A DNA stretch of 64,000 nucleotides from Marsupella aquatica (GCA_973895155.1 OZ316897.1:4729976-4793975); one strand, 5' to 3'; shown: positions 1 through 13,052, counted from the stretch's first letter. Notes: generated by a model not told the origin, from the sequence alone. Numbers and translations are program-made.

Positions 1-1836
1 GAGACATGGAATGAGGCTTTTATAGTGACAGGTGTGGTTGAAGTGGAATTAGAGACTCTTGAATGGCAACCGACAGCTATTATGATGATCAGCAGTCCGG
101 ATAAAAGATTCACATGCACAATATATGTGATTGTAGTTGAGGCACAGAGAATTCTTTTCTGTGTCACACTCAATAAAGCTGGAAAACGAATAAGACACCT
201 TGATTGTCTACCTTAGCTACTTCCTTCTTTGAATAGTAACTTATGGAATTGGTGGAGGCTGACAGGTGAAGTGACTCATGCAGCTGCACTTCTACCACTG
301 GCTTGACCCTGGTGGTTCATTGAATTCTTGGTGCAAATTCCTTTCCAGAGTCACATTGTAGTGACACCTAGCATGGTGGCATAAACATGCCGTAAACATG
401 CGGCCATACCATGAAGTACATGAACTTCAGAACAAAACATAAATGACATAAATATACACAGTGAAATGGTATGTAGGTAGTGGAGGTGTAAACCTCTGTA
501 TCCCTTACTGGAGGACAGAGGTCTAGAAAAAATCAGGCAACACGAGGTGAGAATGGAGGGCAGAACCATAGTCTCTTCAGTACCTGTGGAAGGTGAGGCT
601 GAAGGCAAGAGAATCACCCAACCTGGCTTGGTTCAAGGCCACACATATCAGAACAATAAAAAATGACATAAATGTACATAGTGAAATGGTACACACATAG
701 TGGAGGTGAGTGTAAACCTCTGTATGTAAAAGGTGTCATAAAAAATAACATAGTCAAATTGAACTTGAAACCAATAGCATGCCCTGATTGGCCAGGAAAT
801 CTAACAAAAACCTGTCCAAGTTTGAGTACAGAATGGTGAGCTATGTCTTAAGTGCACTGCCTGTCCAGACAGCAATTTTAAGAAAAAACAACTCACCATG
901 AGGCAAACTGGGGTGGCTGAAGCCAATAGTGCTCATACAAACACCCCAAACTCACCGTACAATAATGCTAACTCAACTATGCCCAAGGGCAAATGAAACA
1001 AATACATGGTAGACCCCAAAGACTTGCTGATCATGCAAGGGCCACAGAGAGTGGAACCAACTGCCATGTACCTAGGGCATGACAAGATGAGCTTGTGCTT
1101 GGATTCAAACCTCTAAGACCTTTTGTTGAATCTCGTTTCAAGATTAATCTCTCCTTCTTGTTAGCCTTGAAATTGAGCTTAATGAGGAAAGAGAGGAGTA
1201 AACAACACCGGGAAGCCCAAAGGCATCCAAATCCCCAACAATTAAATTTCTAGTTTGGCTGCCTCTTTCCTTAGGATTAGCTTCTTGGATGATGCAGTCT
1301 CTTCACTTTGTCCTCCTCTACTTTGTCTCCATGTTTGGGCTGCCCTCTCTGTATATTGTCTTTTGGAATGGATGTGAAAAGAAAAATTTAAGGTAAAAAG
1401 CCCACAAAGGACCAGGACATCAGCAGTCTAAACCAGTTGGGCCAGTACCCGGCACAGGCAGCAACTGGTAAACACAGAAGCTAACCCAACAGCGTCATAA
1501 CAAGCTAAGCTTTGCACTTTGAAAGGATTTTAACCTGGGGACTACACTCTTGGAAATTGGTCTCCTGAAATCTTCTGGAGGAGATTTTCTCTTTGATGGA
1601 GGGCAGTAATGACATTATATTTATATTATTATATTATATTACCTAACCCATAACATGACACCCTTTCAACACATGTACACACTGACCTGTACAGCATAAA
1701 GAATCAAATGTTAAATCAAAATGTACAGGCCGAGGAGGGAGCTTTCCAATACAATGGGCTAATTCTATCAGAGAAACATTTGGGTGATGATTCTACCATT
1801 GGATCAATGCTTATTAGAAATCCAGGGGCTAATTAA

Positions 1837-3302
1837 TCCGTGGACTCATCCAAAGAATGTGTGTTTGATGAAGTGAAATCAATTTTCAACAAGGCGGTAA
1901 TCGACGGTTTGGAGTCTCCCGATGGTCTTGGTGTGTGCTCGTACAAAAGAAAACGCTCAAAAGATAGAGGAGATTTATCAAAGAAAGGTTGAATATGGAG
2001 GAATTGAGTTTTTTGACGGTTTTTGCTTACACATTGGAGAAATGGTGTTTTTATCATTCATGATTGATTGTTTGTGAGTTACATTGAGCATTATTGTCAC
2101 AAGACAGACTAGAGGACAACACTTAGCTATTGGCAAAAGAGCTCTTGTCGATTTGGTGGGAAGAACACACAAAACAAACGAGTCATCGCTTCACATGAAG
2201 GATTTGTAGTTTTTTATTTAAGAAAGCTATGGTGTGAAAGGGAGACCAACGATTGTTTCTTTGACATAGAGGCTGCATTTGGCGTCAACCTATGTTCAGA
2301 GTGAGCTTCAGTTGAAGACTAGAGGAATGCGAACAATTCAAGCCGGGAAGCAAGCATTGTGGACAAGGGATGGCGAAGTAATCAAAGAAATCAATTTTCA
2401 ACTGCTAAGTTTGTGACGGTGATGAGATTGTGATATCTCTTAATCGAGAAAGGGTTTCCAATGAGCCTGAGATTGACAAATTTTGTCAAGTTCCAAATGA
2501 GTTTTTGAATTTCTTTGCCTTTCCAATGAGTGTGAGTATAAGAAATATTGATCACGAGTCCGTGAATTCTTTTAGCTTTCCAACATTGAGTCCGACATTG
2601 ACAAATTTTACGTCAGATTTTGTCGCGATACTAAAGAGATCATGAGGTTTTCAATCTCTCTAGCTTTCTAATGTGTGACATTGAGATATTCGTCAAGAAT
2701 TAGAGAGATCATGAGTATCTGAATTTCTCTAGCTTTCCAATGAACCTAACATTGATAGATTTTGTCAAGTACTAAGGACATCCATGAGTTTTTAATTTTA
2801 CTTTAGCTTTCCAATGAGTGTGACATTGAGAGATTTGATCAAGACAAGACTAAAGAGGTCATGAGTTTCTAAATCTTGATCTTGAGTTTTCCAATGAATC
2901 AAACATTGACAGATTTTATCAAGTACTAAGGAGATTGATTATTTAGTTTTACAATGTGAAGCCAAAGGGGTTTTAACTATGTACATTTCTATTGGTTGGT
3001 TTTTTCAAGCTTGCAAATAATTAAAAAACACAAGCATTTTGATATAAAACACTGATATATCTTTGACAAACATCAAAAGGTAATTTTATTTTACTAAATG
3101 ACATATCTCCCTTTGTATTTTGGTTTTTTTTACGTTCAATATTTACGGCATGGCGCCCCCAAAATTACGTTGCTTTTGCCACAAACAGGACTGTGCACGT
3201 TTGTTATTGTTAAAAGTAGGATCATTCCTGTTTGTGGCTGGTTGTGGTGATGTGGCGCAACCTCATGGCAGGGAATTTGCAAGAGACCTCTCATGGGGTC
3301 CG
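1837..3302 (+). mobile_element. Non-autonomous element, family A, copy 1 (ends TCCGTGGAC... / ...ATGGGGTCCG), TAA on both flanks
   Basis: Near full-length inverted homologue at 49926-54425 and a related copy at 36012-37164. Internal ~70-bp tandem sub-repeats (ctttccaatga...cattga...caagtactaa) at ~2450-2930. No credible ORF. Confidence 0.8.
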
Positions 3303-3362
3303 TAATTAACAAACTCCACCTCAATAATGCTAAATTAAATAATGAATAAAATTGGGCTCCAT

Positions 3363-3694
3363 TGTTGGAACTCTCAACAACATGGACCGCTTAAGAATTG
3401 AACCTAGGACCTCCCGCGTACATCGTAGTGCTCTACCACTGAGCTACAGGCCCTCTGTGGCTGCATCCATCACTGTTTGAGTGTGGCTCATTTCCAACAC
3501 CCTCCCTTGAGCCGCACCCGCTACAAGGGAAACTCCTAATCTTTGGCTTTGATACCATGTTGGAACTCTCAACAATATGGACCAGCTAGGAATTGAATCT
3601 AGGATCTCCTTTGTACATCATAGTGCTCTACCACTGAGCTACAGGCCCTTTGTGGCTGCATCCATCCTCGTTTGAGTGCGGTTCATTTCCAACA
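3363..3694 (-). mobile_element. TRIM (miniature LTR retrotransposon) with tRNA-like sequence in both LTRs (Helenus-like)
   Basis: Two 137-bp LTRs, TGTTGGAA...TTCCAACA (3363-3499 and 3558-3694). 58-bp interior holds PBS TGGTATCAAAGCC (initiator-Met type) and PPT AAGGGAGGG on the - strand. 5-bp TSD TCCAT at 3358-3362 and 3695-3699. Confidence 0.93.
3383..3453 (-). other. tRNA-derived Pol III promoter module inside the TRIM LTR (second copy ~3578-3648)
   Basis: Reads GGGCCTGTAGCTCAGTGGTAGAGC...GGTCCTAGGTTCAATTC...CGGTCCA: box A, box B and partial acceptor-stem pairing. The anticodon arm is degenerate. Confidence 0.8.
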
Positions 3695-6600
3695 TCCATG
3701 ATGAATTTAAGAAAGCAAGAAAACAGGGAGAGATTTTGCATTTGTTCAGTTTTGTGGAAACAAGTTTATTATCTTTACTTAAGTGTTAAGTAGAAGAGAT
3801 AGATGTTTGAATCCATCTCCAGCATCTGTCTGGAACCTAATTTGATAAGTGAGGTATTTTCTGTTCCTAATTAGATGGAATGAGATGGATGTTTTTCCTC
3901 TAGAATTCCTGTTAGAGGTCCGAGCATTTTTCCCTTCTTGTGAGGATGGGAGCATAGAACCAGGAAGACCAGGAATTTGGAATGGATTTCAAAGTTCAAC
4001 AATACATCTCTGCTCGCAAGTACCCAGGCAAGTACGGAAGGATCCAACCTGCTGCTTTTGTGTGCTTAGCAGTCACTTAGGAACGAACTATCAGTTTTCG
4101 AAATCAATACGCAAAAAAGACCTTTTTCTGAAACTGCGAACAATTGTTTGGGATAAAATACCGTTGTGTAGCATGTGATGTTTTTCCGATAATTCTTGCT
4201 CCTTTCATCTCGTGCAACGCTATGATATGAGTATTGAAAGGAAATGAAGGGGGAGTTTCCACGATGACATAATCGTAATCCAATGTCTTTCTATTTCACA
4301 AAAATCATACCTAGGATTCCATTTTCCTTGCACCTATGAAATCACGAAATGGCAGTTGAACTAGTCCAGTTTAATAGTTCAACTAAAAGGCCTTCAAGTC
4401 CGACGTCCATGACTGTTGACTTTGATTGAAGAGTGACGATTTTAATTTCCAGTGTTGGCTCAGGTACTAACCAAATTCATGTACTGTCAGTGAACACGAA
4501 GTTTGAAGACTCGCAGTGCCAAGGCGGGTCAAGAGTAGCTGCTCAAGAGAGGAAAGAAACTTGTTCTGCGCTACTGTCAATCTGCCCTAAGTCTAGATCA
4601 CCAAACACAATCCTTGGTCAGGTGTTAAAAATGCATGCAACAATCAACAGTTCGCACAAGAAACAATGTTTTGGACAAAATAACCCTTTTTAGTTTCTTA
4701 CTCTGCAAGGACAGTGGCAGTTTTAAATTAAAAGGCTGATTTCTTCTCTCTCCCCATGTATACTTATATTTCCTTCAATCAGCCTCACAAATGCTAAAAC
4801 TCCTTTGAGAGAGTTCATGGTTGTCTTGAAATCCCTTAAGGAAACTGAACTCAAGCTGGTCCCCGGCAGCTGAGCATTAGCAAATTTGATCAAATCTACC
4901 CAACCAATGTCTACGTGCTTCTGAGTTAGCAGTCGCAACTGTTGCAAGTGTATCTAGACAATTGCTTTTAGTGGAGGGGCTGGAATGATGATGGCCAGCA
5001 CGCAAAATAAGTAGCCGCACTAGCATTTGGAATTTTCCAAGCCCTTAAATCAAGCATTCAAGTCCTCATGATGTGCCCATATAGGTGGATGTATTTGTCA
5101 GACTATTCTACCTTGGCTTGCTTGTGTACAGGTTGCAAGGAGATAACCAAGGGCGAGTAAACAGGGTTTTCACCAATAGTGAAATTGACACTGGCTCACT
5201 TTCATCATGGTTGTGACAGTTTCCACTTCCTAATTTTCTAATGCCAAGTGTTACTGCCTTGTCCTGGATGGAGGCCTTCCACCTGATGCACCTTCGAGGC
5301 GCCTTTTGAGGTCTGGGTGCACACTAATTAAATGATTTTTTTCGTTCGGTAAACAGCACAAGTAAATCGGTACACCAAGTACATCCTGCTGAGCCAGTTT
5401 TGCATAGCAGAATGAAAAAGCCCTACGATATATACGACAGAGTCGCAAGAAAATCATCCTTTCCTCCAGATAGTAGGGAGCTTGCAGCCAATTATAAGGT
5501 AGTTTCCTTTATCTAGTCAGTTTCCTACACGGCTGGAGATCCACACCAATCAGTCTATGGACATAACCCTCCCCCGTACACTGCCTACCAAGTGACGCGT
5601 TTGAGTCCCCCCGTCATCGTTTTCAGTAACATTTGAATAATTACGTGAAACTTATGCTCCCCCTTTTCTCTCTTTTAAGGCGCCATTGGCAACAGCTCTG
5701 GAAGGTCTTAATGCCTGACAAATCATAGGGTTCCCCACAAGTCGAGGAGAAGATCCCTTTAAAACCTGTCAAACCCCACTCTTGAGTGAAACCTCATGGA
5801 AGTGAAACCAAGCGAAGCCACTTCATGCATTAAAAGGTTCAGTTATGTTGATTCAAGGAACTAAGGCGTAAGATGACAGAAGACCGGCACTCGAATTGAT
5901 GGCTGACTCGAACCTCAAATCTAGATTTGACCACCAGTAGTAAAGTTCGGCTTCTGTTGAAAATGGACTTTCGCTGCTTATTCTCTCAAGGTGGCCGGTA
6001 CTTTGCCAACTTTCTTACGTAGAGGGATTCACTCCAGCGGCCCACGCACCAACTGCGCCACTCACAAGCGAAACTCACCAATCAAGGAACGGAAATCATT
6101 CACAGATTTCGAATAATAGAGGACTATCCTGCAGAGACCACAGACCTCATGTTATTGGAATAAAAATAACAAACTGTTGAAAGAAGAATTATAACACCCC
6201 TCCAATGCCTTCATCAATGAACGCAAGAAGAATTACATTTTTCGAAACGCCGGAACTGAGGCCGAAAAAACTTTGGCACAGATCGTTTGCTTTCCGAGTC
6301 GCAAGATTGGACGAGGTTATTGGAAAGGACGACTCAGAGAAGATGATTGGCAATCAAGTAACGCCAGGCCCGTAAGAACAAACAACCTCTCCAGCAAGAC
6401 AGATGAAATGTAGAGATGTAAATATTCTCAAAAACGGAGTGAGTTTCCAGGCAGTATATTCCTACCTATAGGCGTGGACCATGATGAGTTTCAAATGAAG
6501 TGGAGTAGACCTCTTTCCAGAAGCCTGTATAGAGGATATCACAATTTCGCAGCCATAAGGGAAGGAAACCATGAATATCGCGTAGTTCAATGTCAACGCA

Positions 6601-6749
6601 GTGCATCCAAGCGGGTGCAGCAACGAATACACTCGGGTCTTCTTCTTCCAGGCGAGCTCCTGATTGCAGGTCTTTCTCCGCGATCTGGGGTTTTACCTCA
6701 CTCACCATAAGACAGTTTCAAACTACTCTTACCAATTCTCAACATATAC

Positions 6750-9476
6750 TCACTTCTCCACTATTTCCTCAATGATGGGTCCGCTCCGGGAGACTGGCGG
6801 CTTCACCTCGTGCATTATTCCCAGTCCTGTATCCTTTGCCAATTCAATCTCTAGAAGCCTCTCCTTCTCAGCATCTACAAGTAATGCCAAAGATAAGAAA
6901 GTCGCATTGGGTTCCTCATTCGTCCAACACATAAGAAAGTATATCTTTCGAATGGCTGCTGTTATCTTTTTAAGTTCCGTACTGCTTTTCCTCCTTTTGG
7001 GATTGTTTCCTACGGCACCATCCGTTCTTGAATTTCGACTCACATTAGAGCTGGTGCTTCCAGTCTCGTTTTCTGCACTGCGATGTTTCTTATTTCCACT
7101 CATACCCCTATTGCTATCCCTCAATTTTCGAAGATCTGCATAAGTAATCTCGTCACTTCGTTGTTCTGTGGCAACCTTGGTACTTGTGTTCCGAACTGCA
7201 ACAGAACCCATACTTTGGTTCTCCGTCCCTGGGCTCCGTGAGTTGCTGCTCTCCGAGCCTCCACGGGTACTTCTTATCTCATGTTTCAATTTCACCTGCC
7301 TATCGTCTCCTAATTCTGCTTTTAGCTGCTTCTTCGCATTTTCCAACATTCTGTGCAAGTCTGCCAAAGCGCACACGACACAGGCCCTACCAAGACGAAG
7401 AACAGCAGAAGCATCATCAAACAAAGCCATGGCAAACTTGAAGCCTCCCGCATGCCTAAAAGTAGGTGAACATATGGTCTTCACGGCGTCCGCTAAAGCC
7501 ACTGGGATCGATTCTGGAGAAGCTGCTTGATCCAGAACCTGTGACGCACTCAGTAAAATCAAAGCAGCGTCAAGTGGCTCGCTTTGCCAATCACCATTAC
7601 AGAACCTCAGCGTGAAGCAGTAGTTATAAATCACTTCTGCCAGTTGCACCGGTATCGAAGGAGAAGGATCCCCGCGAATCAGCTGTCTGACCCGAGCAAG
7701 AGCTTCAGACGGAGGTCCAGGAACTTCACCGGGTACAGCCTCTAATGCCTCAGTTCTTAGTTGCTTTGGGTTTTGTTCTTTGGAAGGATATACAGGTTGA
7801 ATAAGGCTTGTACCATGTGTTGTAATGGAAATGGTTCCAGCACGGGGATTGAGCCACCACGGGTACCACGGCTGAACGAGATGACTAATTTCCCCCGCTG
7901 CCAATGCACGTAAAAAGTCTTTTCTTTCTTCTACAGAGAGGTCGTCCAAGGATACGTGTCCACCTGCACAGGAGCATCATTTTTAGTAAATTGTCTTCCT
8001 CAGTACAGAGCCATAGTAGAAACAGCGAGCATTTACCGATGGAATTCTGCCCAAACATTAATCTCGTGTACACAGTGGTGCTGCTGAAAGAAAGCTAAGG
8101 AATCCACCTCCTCGGTACAGGCACAAGGAGCAATCGGTGAACTTCTCACATGCACACTTTTGCTCTCCGGTTCCTACATCGTTGTCGAGGGAAATCCAAG
8201 GTTCATAAGAATAAGCTTAGCACACCTTCAGAGATAAGTTCGAGAGTTCGGTCGGAAAAAACGGCTCCTGATCATTCCAGGAGAACATTGTTATGTTAGC
8301 TCGTTCAGTACGGGTGAGTATTGATCTTTGGAGATTCAGCAAGTGTAAAGACGTGATGAGGCTATTGCTAAAGCCTATTTTGGAATGCAATGACGTGATT
8401 CAATGATTCTGGTTGAATTTATCACCCTGGCGACCATCACTGTCATCGTCTTCTTCGCCCTCGTCGCCCAGAGTTTCATCTTCGATTATACTCCGACCAT
8501 CATCGTCAAAACGAATACGCTTCAATGCCTCCAACATGTTCTGCTGGCTTTCTTTGCTGGCCTGGATGTCACGCATTTCTTCAATGACATTGTTGCGCAT
8601 GAACGACTCTGTACATCGCAGACTGTGGTTCTGAGAACAGAAAGGAAACTTTAGGGTACCGTGCGAAAGAATACAAAGGAGAAGGCTTTCATACAACTAC
8701 AGGGCGATTTATCGGCTGAAATCACAAAGCACAGCTGGTAAGAAGTGACTAGATAAGAGAATTCTTCCTGTCAAAACCAAATTTTGGGAAGTACCTTGTA
8801 GCACGAGAGAGAGCAATACCGCAGGTTACACTGGGGGCATGTGTATTTCGAATACTGCCTCTCACATCTACAATGAACAGAAACCAATTCGCATGCAAAT
8901 GATGCAGAGTAGGCAATCTTGGATCAAAAACCAGTATCAAGCTCTTGACGTTGCCAAACCAGGAAAACTATCAAAGAGCGGGCTGAATAACGGCCTTCTA
9001 GACCGTCAGAGAGCAGATTAACCACCTAATAATCTGTCATGAGAAAGTTTATGGCAAAATCGCAACACGACGGAAAGCAAGTGTGAAGAGACCTTAACCA
9101 CATGATTCGAACATCTAAACAAGAGAAAACCTATCATCAACCAAATCATGAGATAAATGACTTTGAAAATAACCTCAAATACTAACAAGCTTGTAACTAA
9201 GATTCGCAGGGAAATGCTTCTTTCTAGCGTCGACGACGAACCGCCTTTGCCTACTATCTCACATAAATTTTCCATATAATTAAGTACCTACAGAATTTAT
9301 CGACCAAAATTTGAGCATCCCGTCATTTCTCCGAAAAGGCGAAGTTCATGCATGCCTCCAGAGTGACACAAACGAGTCGCAATGATCCAGAGATGAGGTG
9401 AGGCGGCAACTTACACTCTGCAAATTAGGCGATGCTCTGGTATTGCGTGAGCCGGATTTCCCATAGTCGCGGTCAT
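6750..9476 (-). CDS. ZNHIT2: Zinc finger HIT domain-containing protein 2-like, 5 exons (~531 aa)
   Basis: Exons 9476-9415, 8867-8795, 8630-8426, 8267-8226, 7963-6750 with GT-AG junctions and consistent phase. N-terminal HIT finger LICRVCERQYSKYTCPQCNLRYCSLSCYKNHSLRCTESF. Downstream conserved-looking blocks PWYPWW, YNYCFTLRFCNGDW, RKIYFLMCW. The exon 3 donor could alternatively lie at 8435. Confidence 0.88.
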
Positions 9477-9513
9477 GGTATGCACACCGTGAATTTCCAG
9501 AACTAGGTGAGAC

Positions 9514-9541
9514 GCCTGCCTGCCTGCCTGCCTGCCTGCCT
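9514..9541. repeat. (GCCT)n microsatellite upstream of the ZNHIT2 start codon
   Basis: gcctgcctgcctgcctgcctgcctgcct read directly. Confidence 0.9.
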
Positions 9542-10197
9542 TCCACCAGCCCGTTCAAGCAAGAAACTTCGATGTGCGCCGACTAAATTCACCGCTGTAG
9601 GATTTATAACTTAATTTTTAGGGTTCTCATCCGGTGCGCACAAAGAAAGGATCGAAAGGAACGAAGCACGGGAGGGTAATTCTGAGAGTCAATTGAAAGC
9701 CAAAGCTAGAGCTACCCTGATTCTAATCCGCGTGAACAGAAGTGCGAGATCCATGCTCAGCTCTCGAAAACCAGCCAAGCTGTCCTGGAACCATCCCAGG
9801 ACTTGGTTCCGATCAAGGCAAAGGGCGCTCGTTCTCAACAGAACAGCGTACAGCACGAAAAGAGGGTGCATTTTCCCGCTTGGTTCTTTTCGTTTTCTGT
9901 GGGTGGGTGGGAGGATTGATCGATCGATCGATTGCTTGGCGATGAATGCATCAACCTGCTCCTCTGTACCAACGAAACCCACGAGAACGAGACGAAGACA
10001 ATTTGATGAGTCCTACTCCTTCGCACGAGACGGGAATCTCACCCCTCGGAACTTGGAAGGCACGTCCACATGTCCAATTCCTTTGTTCCTCACTTTCGGA
10101 GACCCCTGGCTACATTTTGTAGGCTTTGTTTGAGAAAAAACAATGTATGTAATATTAGCTTTGAGCCGAAGTTGTGAGAGGCTATTATGGTGCAAAA

Positions 10198-11435
10198 CTA
10201 GCCCCATGCCCGTTGCACGAAAGATTTCGAGTGAGGGCAAGATGTCAAGGAGAAGGCAAGATGTCAAGGAGAAGGCAAGATGTCGAGGCGAGGGTAAGAT
10301 TTTGAGGCGAGGGTAAGATTTTGAGACGAGACAAACATGGATGTGCATTGCAAACATGTAATTCAGGCAAAAAGTCAAACAGATTAATACAAATTAAAGT
10401 GATATAATCTTTATTCACCCTCGTATTCACCCCTTCAATAAAGAACCTCATCATATACAATTTTTTTGTCACCCTTGCTTGACCCTCCTTGGAATCCGAA
10501 AGTAAAATCTTGATAGTTGTAGGAGATATTTCCCTTGAAAATGCTGCATACAACTGTCCGTGACTAAATACAGGCTTTGAAATCTGTAACCTTACATGTT
10601 CTAAAGTCTGACCTGGAGCTTTATTTGTGATCATTGCATATGCCACTCGAATGGAAATTGGACCCTACGTAATAAACAAGGAAGTGATTTGTCATATGTC
10701 AACGGAATCCGTGGGATAATTGCAAGGGTCTTTGCATGTTTTCATGCAAGAACTCAATGCCCGTGCATTGCATGAAAGATGTCGAGGGACAAAAGATGTC
10801 AAGGAGATAAATGATGTCAAAGTGAACAAAAGATGTCAAGGAGAGAAAACTATCAAGATAAGCAAAAGATGTCAAGGTGATAAATGTAAGGGTCCCTGCA
10901 TATTTTCCTGCAAGAACCCAATGCCCTTGCGTTGCATGAAAGATGTCAAGGTGACAAAAGATGTCAAAGAGAGAAAAAATATGTCAAGGTGATAAAAGAT
11001 TCAAGGTGAGCAAACGATGTCAAGGTGATAAAACATGTAAAGGAGAGAAAAGATGTCCAAGTGAGCAAACAATGTCCAAATGATAAAAAAGGTTGAGTCT
11101 GAGAGAAAAGCTTTCAAGGTGAGCAAAAGATGTCACGATAAACAAAAGATGTTGAGGAGAGAAATAGATGTTGAGATGAGAAAAAGATTTCAAGGAGAGA
11201 AAAACATGCCAAGGTGAACAAAAGATGCCACGGTGAGCAAAAAATGTTGAGGTGAGCAAAAAATGTTGAGCTGAGAAAAAATGTCAAAGAGAGAAAAAGA
11301 TGGTGAGATGAGAAAAAGATTTTGAGATGAGAAAAAGAATTGAGGAGAGAAAAGATGTTGACGTGAGTGAAAGAGATAAAAACATTTTGAGATAAGCAAA
11401 AGATGTTTAGGTAAGGCAAAGATGTCAAGGCAAAC
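10198..11435 (-). mobile_element. Helitron remnant: 3' terminus, PIF1-helicase C-terminal fragment and 20-bp minisatellite
   Basis: - strand ends cgtgcaacgggcatgggg-CTAG followed by T at 10197. ~10440-10720 translates (with a frameshift) to IPRIPLT...RRVQ/AYAMITNKAPGQTLEHV...PVFSHGQLYAAFSR, the RepHel helicase C-terminal motifs. 5' boundary is approximate. Confidence 0.85.
10775..11435. repeat. ~20-bp minisatellite (consensus ~AAAAGATGTCAAGGTGAGCA); related array at 10220-10330
   Basis: Many degenerate tandem copies visible directly. Explains the low-complexity ORFs at 10720-11437. Confidence 0.9.
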
Positions 11436-12879
11436 ACTTCAGATCTATGAGATATTTTAACTAAGTTTCGAACATTAATAAACCCAAGGCACAGCTTTTT
11501 AAATGTTAGTTGATTTAGGCATTTGATGACACTATATTAGACCACTAAAGTAGCATGGGCACTCAATTTGAGTTCAGAAGACTATTTTCTCAAGATGAAT
11601 TGAGAAGTTTGTTTTTCTCCTCGCTTTTCTCAACAACAAACCCTAAGCTTTCTAGTAGCTCAATTTTGTCTGTAGAAGATTGGTCACCCAATTTGTCAAT
11701 GTACTTTCAAATAATTGGAAATTCTGGAAATTTCACTGAAGTCTGACTTTGGCAAGTTTTGAATTAGAGGTTAATAGCCTCATGACCTTGACGCAACTAT
11801 TCACCAAATGGAGAGAAGGGCAGAGCTTAAACTTTGAGAAAAGAGAAGTATGAGTAGGAAGGGAAATGTTATTCATGTTGTGCTGGACAAGTATGATAGA
11901 TTCTACACTTTGCCTTGTTTAGATTAGATTCTCCTCACAAAATCATTGTGGACCCAATTCAATGATGTCCTGAGCAGTTTGGCATTCCTTCAACTGTCAC
12001 ACGAATACTTTGCTTTGCAGGCCAAAGTTGACGACGTGGTTATCACAAGCAGTTGTCAAAATTGGGCCTTTTCGCTACATGCAACCAGATTCTCAAGCTA
12101 AGAGAGTCAAAATTCAATCCATGGGAAGTCCATTTGAAACCAGATCAATGTGTGATCAAATGAATTGTATCAGTTAGTTGAGTTCACATTTCGACCATAG
12201 CTAACAGTTTGCAATAATTGCTAAAGGCCAGAAATCTTACTCCAAGTGCCAATTACCCTTTAACAAAGAGATTATCAAGTTAGTTATTAGTCATTGTTGT
12301 ACTTTGTAACACCAACCTGCACCTAAATCTATGGGGACCATCTGCCACTCTCCAAAGAAAGGCAAACAGCTCCAGGCTGCCATTGAGCAACTAAAAGCCA
12401 TGCTTAAACCATGGGAGCAGACTGACAGTCCGGTTTCTCTAGGGGATGATGATGAGGAAAATAGTTAAGTTCCCGCTGTGGTTTAGTGCTGGTAGTCCCC
12501 TTCGTCAGGGTCATAGTACTAAGGACTGCTTCCTGTACTACAGGGATCCAATTGATGACAATGAGTGGCGGATGAATTGGATTACTTTTGGCCTGTTTAG
12601 TTTGTTTCCGGTGGTTTCTTTGTCTGGGTTGGTTGTCCCCTCCCTGGTGGTTTTCGCCCCTGGGTTGGTGTTTGTTGGGGTTCACCTCTCTTCCCCCCCG
12701 GCTTTTTTGGGGGTGTGGGTTTTTTTGGAGAAAAGAAGAAGTTATTAGTCATTGTTTATTATATGAAAGAAATGTTTTTAAAATCTTTGAATTTAAGTTT
12801 TAAAATTAGAAAAGTAACTAAAATGGTTACATAGTGACAATTTTATTGGGCAATTTTACCCATCCTGATCTTTGCATTT

Positions 12880-13052
12880 CTATTTTTTTACATTTTCTTT
12901 TTACGGCATGGTGTCCCAAAATTTACACCCAAATTGACGCAAACACAAATGAAAACTTTAAGTTTGATTCACAAAACTGGCGAGTCTTGTTTGTTGCGAT
13001 TGTTGTTGACATGGCACTCTCCCGTGTCGGGAATTTTTCACGGGACCCGTAG
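12880..13052 (+). mobile_element. Truncated terminal fragment of family A
   Basis: tacggcatggtgtcccaaaat...gggaatttttcacgggacccgtag resembles 3143-3290 and the reverse complement of 36012-36200. Confidence 0.6.

Noticed and set aside
1-1600. Possible multi-exon gene on the - strand, with a ~70-bp direct repeat at ~430-502 and ~650-725
   Set aside because: Scattered splice-like signals, but no consistent reading frame could be assembled.
3383-3648. Two tRNA genes
   Set aside because: Anticodon arms are degenerate and differ between copies, and both lie inside the LTRs of a TRIM.
6664-7530. + strand ORFs overlapping ZNHIT2 (and similar antisense ORFs over RAD17 and the 608-codon ORF)
   Set aside because: Shadow ORFs of real coding sequence on the opposite strand.
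10720-11437. ORFs of 69-107 aa in the track
   Set aside because: Translations of the minisatellite with no protein-like complexity.
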